Source of the DNA: the human T2T-CHM13v2.0 reference genome, Homo sapiens
Reading direction: 5' to 3' (one strand)
Length of the DNA: 64,000 bases
Assembly: GCF_009914755.1 (NCBI RefSeq)
Contig: NC_060934.1
Each line of letters begins with the position of its first letter. Position 1 is the stretch's first letter. This document shows positions 34,036-46,119 of the stretch, in pieces. The position numbers and the translations under genes were made by a program. The notes below the pieces were generated by a model. It did no database searches, was not told the origin of the DNA, and saw only the letters and a program-made list of their open reading frames with translations.

Positions 34036-35070
<1,035 letters not shown>

Positions 35071-35518
35071 GATCAGAATTTGACATATTTTGAAGTTAGA
35101 ATGTGGGGTTTGAGAGAAATGCAATTTTACTCCAAGAAATTTGACCTGGAAATTTGTAAAGATAGAGTTAGTACCAATTGAGTTGGAGAAGACTGGGTGT
35201 GGTACAAATGTTTTTTGGGGAAAAAAATCAGAAGTTCAGTTGTGGACATGTTGAGTTTGAGAGGTTTGCTGAGTAGGCTATTGGATATTTAAGTATTGAG
35301 TTTAGGGGATACATATAGGCTAGAGACATGCATATTTTTGGAATTGTCAGCATATACATTTCATTTAAGGTCATGAGGCTGAGTGAGATTATTGAGATAG
35401 TGAGTGTGGACACAGAGTTGAAGACCAACGACTGACCACTGGGGCACTTCAAAATTAAGTTGGGCGAAGAAGAAAAACCAGCAAAAGTCCAAGAAGCAGC
35501 AATTAGCATGGAGGGAGA

Positions 35519-35660
35519 GGCTGGATGCAGTGGCTCACACCTGTAAGCACTTTGGGAGGCTAAGGTAGGAGGATCTCTTGAGGCCAGGAGTTTGAGACCA
35601 GCCTGGGCAACACAGTGAGATCCTGTCTCTACAAAATTTTTTTCAAAAATTAAAAAGAAA
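35519..35660 (+). mobile_element. FLAM_C / AluJ left monomer
   Basis: ggctggatgcagtggctcac...gaggccaggagtttgagaccagcctgggcaaca. Confidence 0.85.
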
Positions 35661-35772
35661 AAAATTTTATCAAAGAAAAAAATGAAAGAAACCCAGAGAG
35701 AATGTGAAGAAAATGTATCAAGGAGAAGGAAATGCTGCCAATAGGTGAATTATGATGTGATCCGGGAACTGA

Positions 35773-36147
<375 letters not shown>

Positions 36148-37169
36148 TGATGGGGGTGAAAACCTGACTGCAGTGGGTTTAGGAGAGAATGGGGAGTTAG
36201 GATTGGTGTACTGCAGGGTTTATTTAGAAGTGATTCATCAGCAAATGTGGTGTAAGGATAAGGATGAGGACATTATGAAGGCAGGGCTCGGAAGAACATG
36301 ATGTTTAGAATCATGAAGGATGGAAGGGAAGCTAGAAAGACTCCCAGGGAAAACTCACCAGGCTGTAAGGATCTTGAAATGTGGCACAGCCTGTGTGGTG
36401 GGATGAGGAAGTGAGAAGGACAGGAGGAGGTAAGGCGACTACCTCTGGAGAGTGGTGCCTTGATGTATTTCCACAGTGGAGCAGTTCTGTGTGATGATGA
36501 GGCCCAGGATGAGCCATGGGAGTGGGTGGCAGTGAAGGAGCTAGGAGGCTTGAGTTAGATGAGCATGCATGCTGACAGTTAAACCATGCAGTGTGCTGGG
36601 AAGGTCTGCAGTGGAGAGAAAGATGGGATCACAGGATCTAGCTGTCAGCTCTTGATGAATATGTGGAAGCGATTGGGAGATGGGAAGATGTCAGTGTGGA
36701 GATGAGATAGACATGATATGACTGGATGATAAAAGCCTCATGAGAAAGGGGGGTTCCATGGAGGTAAAGGAGTGATGGTTTTGAGGTGTTACCCTAACCA
36801 TCCCCGTGCCTGCAGTGCTGACATGGGGAACAAACATTCTCGAGAGATTAGGGCTTTGGGAGAAAGCAGCAGCTTTATTACTGTTAAAAACACCAGGGGG
36901 ATGATTTCTGCTCTCATTCAAGCCTTCAATAAAATTAGTCAACAGCAAATCCTATTCACTTCTAGAGCTGTTGCTGCTTGGCATTCTGTGCTCATAATGT
37001 GTTTGCAAATTGCTTGTATAGAGTTTTCTTTTACTTAACTTTTCAGGGTTAGTGGTAAGCCAACGAGCAAACGTGTTCCCTCCACAAAGCCTTCTCTTCA
37101 CTTCCCATTCAAATAATTACAACATCCCTCCCGCCCCACTTACGCCCTGTCTCCCCTAGTGCTCAGCTC

Positions 37170-37535
37170 CCTTCAGGATGAAGCCCTCCTTCGCAGTCAG
37201 GTCTTGGCTTAATGCCACCTTGGAGATAGACCTTTCTTGATCTATCCTGGTCCTGGAGGAGTCTGCTTCTCTCCTCCCAGACCTGGTCTTCTTTCTTTCA
37301 GCACACTCTTCTTTTCTTCATAGAACTTACTGCAGCATATAATTTATCCATGTGGTTCCCTTTTAAACAATCTACTTCTCTCATTATAATGTAATTTCCC
37401 TAGGAGCAGGGTCATGTTCATTATTGTATTTCCGGTACCTATCATAGTGCTTGGCATGTAGCGGACATTCAATAAATTAGTACCTCCAGTTTGTAAATGA
37501 CAAAACTGAGACTCAGAGAAAGTAGCGAGCTTAGA
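37170..37535 (+). mobile_element. L2 3' end followed by a short antisense MIR
   Basis: atcatagtgcttggcatgtagcggacattcaataaat; aaatgacaaaactgagactcagaga. Confidence 0.7.
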
Positions 37536-37617
37536 TCCCAGCCCAGTTCATTCAACTTTTCTATTTCTGCAATTCCTCTTCGGATTGGGAAATGGCTTAT
37601 TCTCTGTCTTAATTCAT

Positions 37618-38283
37618 GATGGTGGATCAAAGATGGCTACACATTCTTTAACACTTCCTCTATTGAGAGGTGATGCTTATTTTCCTACTCATCAAATCTG
37701 GGCTGGTCCTAAGACTGAATTGACCAAGAAGATGCTGCGGAAACAAAGTTGTGCCAGTCCCAGGCTTGGCCTTGAAGAGGGCTTTGGCTTCCCCCTCTTG
37801 GAACACGTATTGTTGGGATCCTGCACTGCCTTGTGAGACTATCTTTCTGGAGAAACCACATGGCAATATCACATAGAGAGGCTCTGAGACCACATGGAGA
37901 GGGAGAGAGGCCCAGCTGTCCTGGCATTTCCGTAGAACCCCCAGATGACTCCAGGCCTGGGTGCCAATCAACTGCAACTACAAGAGAGATTGCAAGTGAG
38001 ATTAGCAGAAGAATCACCCAGCTGAGCCCTTTTATTTCACAGAACCATGAGTTACATTAAATTAATTGTCGTTTTAAGCATGGTGAAAACTAGGGTGAGG
38101 CAGGAGAGGCCCCTGGGGCAAAAAATGCAATGAGGTGCTCACTCTCAGGGCTGACCCTGGGAGTGAGCGCTGCCTTAAACTGCTCTAGGGCCCCCACTTG
38201 CTTCACCCTAGTCCTGGGACCTTGTTTTCAGCTGCTATGTTTTGGGATTTTTTTTGCTCAGCTATGATAGATAATGGAAACAC
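37618..38283 (+). mobile_element. MLT1G/H-like LTR
   Basis: aaagatggctacacattcttt...gagaccacatggagagggagagaggcccagc...cacccagctgagccc...gataatggaaaca. Confidence 0.8.
38079..38223. mobile_element. MER96-like palindromic hAT MITE
   Basis: actagggtgaggca / ttgcttcaccctagt and gctcactctcaggg / ccctgggagtgagc inverted arms; 8-bp TSD gttttaag/gttttcag. Confidence 0.85.
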
Positions 38284-38484
38284 TCATGGTGCCTGGCACA
38301 GAGTAGATACTCAGTGACCCACACTGAGCAGTTAAGATGAATGATCACAGCTCCCAAGTGACGTTCTTTTCACCAGAATACCTGACCCTGCAATATTTTG
38401 TATCCAAACTTTCTTCAATACATTATCCTATAGATGTCCCACATCTTTCCTTATAATTCTGAACTCTTGTCATTTTCTCTACTT

Positions 38485-38795
38485 CAGCAAACATTTACTG
38501 AGCATTTACTTTGGGCTCAGCACTGTCCTAGGTGCTCTGGGATTTATACAGGGTCAGGGGAGACACAAAATGAGTAGGATGTGGATCCTGCACCTCCAAG
38601 GAACTGACCACTGACAGACGCAGCCTGCTGTGGACAGCTGAAATAGCAGAGGTGGGAGCCAAGCACCGTGGGAGATCTGGGTGGCAGAAAGAGCTGGAGG
38701 TTATTGTACTGGAACTGGGGGGACTGGAGGAATCTGTGGAGGGAGGACACTTGTGCTGAGTGTAGAGATGAAGGGAGTTTTGACCAGCAACCATG
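38485..38795 (-). mobile_element. L2 3' part
   Basis: ttcagcaaacatttactgagcatttac...cactgtcctaggtgctctggg. Confidence 0.75.
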
Positions 38796-38804
38796 ACAGG
38801 GCAA

Positions 38805-38953
38805 GGCTGGGCACCATGGATCACACCTGTAATCCCAATACTTTGGGAGGCGGAGGCAGGAGGATGTTTGAGCCCAGGAGTTTGAGACCAGCCTGGGCAA
38901 CACAGTGAGACCCTGTCTCTACAAAAAACAACAACAAAAAACCCCCACAAAAC
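38805..38953 (+). mobile_element. FLAM_C
   Basis: Single left monomer with an A/C-rich tail. Confidence 0.85.
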
Positions 38954-39201
38954 ACTATGAGAGGGCAGAACGGAGAGGACAACAGCTCAGGCACAATTGC
39001 TCTGCTCACTTCGACCTTTCAGTTTTGTGTTCTCCCCCTTTCATCCTCTTCCCCCAATCTTTTGGAAGAATCAAGTGAAAAGGGTGTCTATGTAGATCTC
39101 TCCACCGCCATTGGAGACTTGATCCATTGCTCCTGATCTGTAGATATTCTCTAAAGCCTGACTCATTCAAAGTAAATTTGGGGAAAGCTCACCTGAGTTG
39201 A

Positions 39202-39567
39202 TGATATGTTTTGGCTGTGTCCCCACCCAAATCTCACCTTGCATTGTAATAATCTCTGCGTGTCAAGGGCAGGTTCAGGTGGAGAAAATTGAATCATGAG
39301 GGCGGTTTCCCCCATACTGTTGTCATGGTAGTAAATAAGTCTCATGAGTTCTGATGGTTCTAAAAATGAGAGATCCCCTGCACAAGCCCTCTTGCCTGCC
39401 GCCATGTAAGATGTCTCTTTGCTCTTCCTTCATCTTCTGCCATGATAGTGAGGCCTCCCCAGCCATGTGAAACTGTAAGTCCATTAAATCTCTTCCCCCA
39501 TAAATCCCTTTATAAATAACCAGTCTCTGGTATGTCTTTAGTAGCTGCGTAAGAACAGACTAACACA
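39202..39567 (+). mobile_element. THE1 (B/C-like) solo LTR
   Basis: tgatatgttttggctgtgtccccacccaaatctcacctt...ccattaaa...agactaacaca; TSD gttga/gttgg. Confidence 0.95.
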
Positions 39568-40330
39568 GTTGGTGAAATGCCTGTGTTGAGAACCATGTTC
39601 GAAGTTCCTTGCACAACCAGGTTTCCCCATTCTCAGGAAGGGAGGATCGGCAGACGTTCAGGCTGGACCTATTTTAACTTAATTCTCTATAATTGGTAGA
39701 TGGGTTGTCTGCAGAAAAGGATGACTAGGGGTTTTCAAATGGAATGATCTTCTCTGTAGGTTAAACATTTACCTTCTGCTTTGCAAACACAGTTAATTTG
39801 CTGGTTGAACTCCCTTCCCTCATGCAGAGTGTGGAGGTAAATTCCTCTCTGAATTTCTAGTGAGTGCAGTCCAAGTGCTGGAGGGTGAGGGTGAGAAGTT
39901 GGGTTAGAATCTGGTGGAGGGGACAATTGATCCCAGCCAGCAAAGGCGATGGGAAACAGGCAGAACCTGTAGCCCAGCTCATCTCTGTGGTCGCCTGCAT
40001 GGCACCAGGAAAACAGGTGAGTAAAGCCCTTTCAAACCTTTAGAGCCCAATGGGGATATCAAGGTCCCCCAGGAAAGAATCCCCATATTCTGGGGCACAT
40101 GGTTTCAGGCTCACTGAAAATCCCATGGACAATAAATGTCAATATGAATATATAAATTACGCTTTTTAATTTTTAGATTTACATGACTGTTCTTTTATAC
40201 TTAAATGTCTAACTGAATTTCGCCATGAAGAATTCATTGAAGGCTCAGTGGACTCACTAGCCCTCCTCATTTGTGGAACTGGGAGAAGGTTCCATGGCAT
40301 TCTCATCCTTCCAGCCTCTCTTCCCTTGGT

Positions 40331-40606
40331 CAGGGATTGCAAACTCACTGCCTTCGGGGCCCAGGCAGGTGTCCCAAATAAATGAGCTCAGTGGAGGGTG
40401 GGCCTGTGGCCAACTGAGGCCCTCAGCTCCCAGACAAGGGAAACGTGACTTGCAGATCCTTGCCCGTGGGAAACAGGCCCAGTGTACTGGTGGCCAGATC
40501 TTGTGATTTTAGTAACACAAGATGGATTTTTCCTTGAAATCAGCAGAAAAACACTGACAGATGAAACAAAACGTGCCTGTGGTCGCTGCTGGGCTGCCAG
40601 GTTGGG
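40331..40606 (+). mobile_element. MER103-like hAT-Charlie element
   Basis: gcaaactcactgccttcggggcccaggcaggt...ggcccagtgt...gccagatctt...aaacaaaacgtg. Confidence 0.7.
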
Positions 40607-40614
40607 GGAGGGAG

Positions 40615-40762
40615 CTGGGGTCTGGATTCGAGTCCTCTCAAGCCTCTGGCTGTGGGATGTTGGCCAAGTCACGTCCTTTCCTGGGCTTATTCTCCTTATC
40701 TGGAGAGTCATGACTCTGGAAGATTCCATCTCTAAGATGTTGTTTCATTTCAGGACTCTGAA
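40615..40762 (+). mobile_element. MIR
   Basis: ctggattcgagtcct...ctgtgggatgttggccaagtcac...ctccttatctg. Confidence 0.65.
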
Positions 40763-41524
40763 CCCCAGTATGCAGTGTGACATATACTCTACTAGGAGGT
40801 CAAAAATTGATGTTGAATTAATGAAAGAAGGAATTATTCATCTGGACTTCTTTGCAAAATTAACATGGGAAGAAAGTCTCAGATAAGCCCTTCCTTTTTC
40901 TGAGCAAATTCTTTACTGTTTTCTAAATTTTCCTTTGGTGCTCTTTGCTCCCTAGACTTTGGCTTCTTTATTTCCATTAAACCCCAGATTTTGGAAAAGC
41001 AGACTCTCAGACTCCACAGCGGAGCTCCGGAATGCTGCCCCAGGTTGGGCTGGATGCAACTTTCTTTGCCAAAGCTTCTGTGGTGGTCCTGATGCACTCC
41101 CATGGTCAAAGGTCACCCACCTGAAGACCTGCACCCTTCCACATCCGCTGAGCATGAATCTCCATGAGAGCAGGACTCCACTGAAGCAGAAATCCAGAGC
41201 CAAGAAGGACACAGAGTTTCTGGGGATGGCATTAGCCCAGGGCCCTGTTCATTGTTTTGTGGATGTAGAAACCAAAGCCAGAAGGACAGGTGACTTGCTC
41301 AGGGGCATCCAGTCCAGGAGATCACATGGCACCTGTACCTTCTTACAGAATCCCCAACCTGTGCAAAGGAAGTCAGCCCTGATGGGGTAGGATTCTAAAG
41401 ATGTTATAGATTAAGCTGGGTTTTCCCTGGCATCCATGGAATTGCAGAATTTTTAAACTGAAGGGACCTCAGGAAGAAGGACAACTGGGAAAAAGGAGTC
41501 ACCTATCCTGTACCACCTACCCCC

Positions 41525-41830
41525 CTGAGCACTTTATTTCACTTAACTTCAGATTAAATGAAGCATTATTATTTCATGTTTCCAATGAGAGAATGAAGGT
41601 TCAGGTGATGAAGGTAAATTCCCCAAGATCATATAACATGGAAGTTGGAGAGCTAGGACTCAAACTCACAATCTTCTGGCTTCAAGTCACCATTCCCTGA
41701 GAGGAATCTAGAGACAGTCTATCTACCAGGTTCATTTTCTTTACTTGCTAGGTGAACAAATGTGGCCTGCAGAGCTCAATGGCTTCACCAAGGTCAAGAG
41801 TGAGTGAATGCCATGGCTGGGGCTGCTCTG
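41525..41830 (-). mobile_element. MIR fragments
   Basis: aatgagagaatgaaggttcag...ccccaagatcata...ggactcaaactca; ccaaggtcaagag. Confidence 0.7.
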
Positions 41831-44103
41831 GTCCATGTGTTTTCCATGCCAGAGGGTGGCCTCCTAGAGTTCTTTGGTGATGCCTCTAGCTCTGGATGAC
41901 ACCAGGCTGGTGGAGGCAGATCCAATGGACCAGGGATGGAGACCTTCATGCCACTGCTCCCTCTTCATGGCATCCAGAGCTCCAGGAGTCCCTTTGGATC
42001 AGACCAAGCCACAGCCACCTTCCAGAAGGAGCCACTGGGGTGGCCATCAAAGGCTTGGGACACACAAGCTTGGGGCAGTGGTCCAGGGGTAAAGGCCTCC
42101 AGTCTTAGGGCCTTCCCCTCCTCATGGCCCCTGGGCCTCTCTTCTTACCTTGGGGTGCTGGCTTTTCCTTTGCTGGTTAGACCTGTGGCCCAGGGACTTC
42201 ACTCAGGGCCACCCCAAGGGAGGAATGATGAGGGTGACCCAGTTCCTCATTGCCGGCCTCTCCACCCTCCACCGTCTGCCTTGCTCTGTAACATTTCTGT
42301 GAGCTTCCAGCACACACCAGCAGCCAGCCCATCTTCTGATTAGTTTCAGCCTGGTAAGTCCTTCCTGCCGCTGAACCACCTGTCTCCCGAGAGGACCTAC
42401 AGCCAACGCCTCCCACACCAGATGGCCACCCCCTCCTGCCCCTCCATAGTGTTCCAGCCAAGGCCAGGCCAGGCATGGACAGAAGAGGACCTGAGCGACT
42501 GCAGCCAAGGTCAAAGTGGCCATCTGGACACAGGTATCAGCAGTGTGGAGGGGCTGCCCCAGAAATGGCTTTAGCGGGGGAGATGTTTCTCAGGCATTCA
42601 GCTCTTGGTTTTCTATTGGTCTCCCTTCAAAATTGCTTGGGCAGGTGGGCAGAGCACCTGATGGATGCCTTCAGCAGCACCTACTCGGTCAGGGTGGGTC
42701 TTCCCTCAGTAACCACTGCAGGCAAACAATCCCATTTCTTTTTCAGTGAGAAGCTTGAGCACCAGGGACCCCTGCCTCTGCTTATTCAAGGCCTATGAGG
42801 CATGATGCTCAAGTCCGCAGTCAGCAAACTTCCTGTTCACCCCACAGCTCCTCTTCCCCAGATGCTACCCACCCCCATCTTGAGTTCTGAATATTTTCCA
42901 GTGCCATCATACCTAAAGACTTCCTTTTAGCTATTCGATTTGCCCTCCCATGGTGAGTCAGTCAAATTAAAATGTGGGGCTACGTTATTGTACCGAAATA
43001 TTTACAAAATAGAAAACTGAAGAGGAAACCATGCTTTGTTTTCTGAACAGTTGGAAACCTAAACAGACTTCTTTTCAATTCTCTTATTTTTCCACGTGTA
43101 CATAAGAAGGCCATTGAGATGGCCTGGCAAGAAGGTTTAGACCAGACCCTCTCCCTTCAGATCCTATTGGTAGGTTATATATTCTGAATTTTTTTTCTTA
43201 AAAAAACAAAAAGCCAGAAAACCTCACTGCATTCTGTGTTTCTAAGCCAGCACAACCCATTTCTTATTCTAAGCAAGTGAAGAAACATTTGTCTTCAAGG
43301 CCAAGATGTCAGTGTTAAAAAACTGTTTTAGAAAAGAAAATGCAAACCCATAACTCCAAGCCTGGGCAAGGACAGCTACATGCATTAGCTAATGCATAAT
43401 TGCAGATATTTATTCCCTGCTTTTGCGTTATGCTTTTATTCCCCCCAACAGGAGCTCCAAGTGAAATATTAATAATATTACTACTGTAATATTATTACAC
43501 ATTATTACCCCCACAATGGTAGCTTCAGAAGGGCATCTTTGTTTTCATTCCAATGTGACCTACATTGGATTCATTTTTTCAAAATGGCACCAGAAATGTC
43601 TTATCCATTTCCTCAGTAACTGGTGAAATGGAACAAATAAGACCGATCATTTTCTTCTATGAGAGATACGTTTGAGTAAAGCAATCTTGTGCCTATGGGG
43701 GATGGTGGGGGTAATTGGCGTAAGTGAATTAAAAGTTGGACTTGCAGTTCTATTGGACTTCAGACAAACATCTATGCTGATTGAACACTGATTTGCTGGC
43801 ATTCCTCAAATCACAGTTCTGCCATCTCAGCATCCCAACTCTTGCAATCTTTTCCATGTGCTTCTTTATGGATGGGCAAATCACCTGACCGTAGCTGCCT
43901 GGAACCAAGCTGGCATTGCAGTTTTGCCATTCTTATTCAGTGTCATCTGATGCCTGCCGTCACTTGCCAGCCTCATTTACACATTGCCAATTCTAGGGGG
44001 GAAAATCAAATCTAATTTGAGCACCATTTTATCTGCTTATTTTACCCACAGATGTGAGTCCATTTTTCTGCAGATTATATAAGTATTTAAGTTTTCATTC
44101 CAA

Positions 44104-45111
44104 CTGTTTGTCAGCACTTACTACAACAGACAACCAACTAGACAACCCCCACACTGCCAGAAATACCTTTGCGTGAACCTTATTATCAAAAATAGAATGC
44201 AATCAAGACCGGTGGAGGTTACAGTAAAGTCACCAAAAATGACTCAAATGTCCCTCTAGGCTAGCTCCTATGTTCTGAAAATATGTGGTGGGTGGAACGA
44301 GTCTTTTATGTTCCCAGATTTGGCTCCTCCAAGTGAAATATTAATATTATTACTACTGTTGCATTTGGCAATATGAAGAAGCTTCCAGTAATAAGCTGAA
44401 CAGACAAAGACATCTGTATTCATGGCAGGTTTTCAGAACCACAATTTATGTGGTAATGTAGATGTGAGTCCCCGGGCACAAAAGTTGATCAGGGAGTTAC
44501 TGAAACCCTTGAGGATAACTCACTGACTCAAAGGAAGAATCACTGGGGAAAGTGAATAAAGTGAATGTCAGCAAAACGTTGTCCTGTGAATCAGGACTCA
44601 GTTACTCTTTCTGGCTGGATGATCTCAGATGCAAATGACTTACTGTGGGTATCCACGAGGTCAATGGATAGAAATATGACATTTCGTAGGTGCAAAGAAT
44701 ATGTCTCTGAGTACATGCAGTTTTAGTCTGATGAATGCCTATGGTTTTCTGGTGGGCTTTGTGAAGTGGGTTGCCTTGTGGTATTGGAGCTTACACTCCC
44801 CAAGGGTTTCAATAACTTCCTGATCACTGGAAGCTTCTTCATGTTGTCAAATGCAATAGTAGTAGTATTATTAATATTTCATTTGGAGGAGCCAAAATTA
44901 GGAACATAGAAGGCTCATTCCACCCACCACACACTTTTAAAACCTATGAGCTAGCTCAGAGGGACATTTGGGTAATTTTTGGTGACTTTACTGTAACCTC
45001 CGCTGGTCTTGATTGCATTCTATTTTTGATAATGAGGTCCATGCAAAGGTATTTCTGGCACTGTGGGGGTTGTCTAGTTGGTTGTCTGTTGCAGTAAGTG
45101 CTGACAGACAG
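44104..45111. repeat. Long inverted repeat of non-recognised sequence (286-bp arms + 29-bp inner stem)
   Basis: 44104-44389 is the ungapped reverse complement of 44826-45111 (30 differences); 44487-44515 pairs with 44797-44825 (3 differences). Confidence 0.97.
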
Positions 45112-45913
45112 AAAGATGGGAAAGTGATGATTGTAGTGGCCTTTCTTGGAGGGAGACCAAGAGGAAGACTGATTAAAGACTGGCAGAGAGAGGAGCAGTG
45201 TGGGAGCAGCCCCTGCCCAATGGGCTTTGGTGGCCTAGAGCCATAAGAAGGTCCTCCCACCTCACCCTGCCACAATAGTAACCTTTAGGAAATTTAAGCT
45301 GCCCTGAACCCCATGCCCCCAGCTTGTCACATCCAAAAGGTAAGTACATAAGCTGAAGTTTGTGGTTCAGGTTTAAAACAGAGGCAGAAACCGTGGGGGT
45401 GGGTGGGGGAGAAGGTGAGGGTTGAGTTTAAAACCTGAAGGGCTCTAGAAGGAGAGGGTTCTGGTGTGCAGAGGGCATGCAGGGGAAGAGGACTGCCACC
45501 TCTCCACTCTGCATAACCCCAGGAAGCCTGGAAAATGGAGGCTCTTTGGGTAGAACCATCCTGGGTTCTCTTCATCCTCTTTACCACGTAAGTCACCAAG
45601 ACGAATGAGGCAAGAAACCTCTGTGCTCCTCAGATGAAGCTTCTATCTGCTGATGGCATTGTTATTCTCATCTATGGATGAGGTGTCTGGGTGAGGGAAT
45701 TTCTTCTGGATAAGAAGACATCCTTCTTTTAGGGTCATTTGGGGTTTGTGCAGAGGTAATCCACTAAACAGAATTCTGGGCTCAGGAATGGTTTCCCTCC
45801 CATGAAATGCTTAAATCTTGAGGTTTGCTAGCTCCTGATGGCTGGCTCCTTCCAACTCCCTGGCTCCCAGGCCTGCTACTGGAGCTCTGGAGGACTGCAC
45901 TGTCTCTCTACAG

Positions 45914-46076
45914 CAAGAGTTGGCAATCTTCTTCTGGAAAGGGCCAGATAGCAAATATTTTCAGCTTTGCGGGCCAATGTCAGTAGCACCTACTCAAATC
46001 TGCTGTTATTGTGTGAAAGTGGCCACAGACAATACATGAACGAGTGGACAGAGGGCAGTAGTTTGCTGACTTCTGG
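45914..46076 (+). mobile_element. MER58A-like element
   Basis: gttggcaatcttcttctggaaagggccagatagcaaatattttcagctttgcgggcc...gtagtttgctgacttctg. Confidence 0.85.
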
Positions 46077-46119
46077 TCCAGGTGATGTTGGTTGGTCAAC
46101 TGGGTCAGGCAATAAATCC

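Noticed and set aside
40166-42798. Cluster of 100-143 aa ORFs in GC-richer sequence
   Set aside because: No recognisable domain, overlapping on both strands, partly in MER103/MIR, CpG-poor; expected by chance.
44104-45111. Reading the inverted repeat as a DNA transposon with long TIRs
   Set aside because: No TSD, no recognisable TIR terminus, an asymmetric bulge and no transposase relic in the loop; not fully excluded without Dfam.
44988-45275. ORFs overlapping the right hairpin arm
   Set aside because: Short and without recognisable homology; the corresponding left-arm frame contains a stop (gcgtga).
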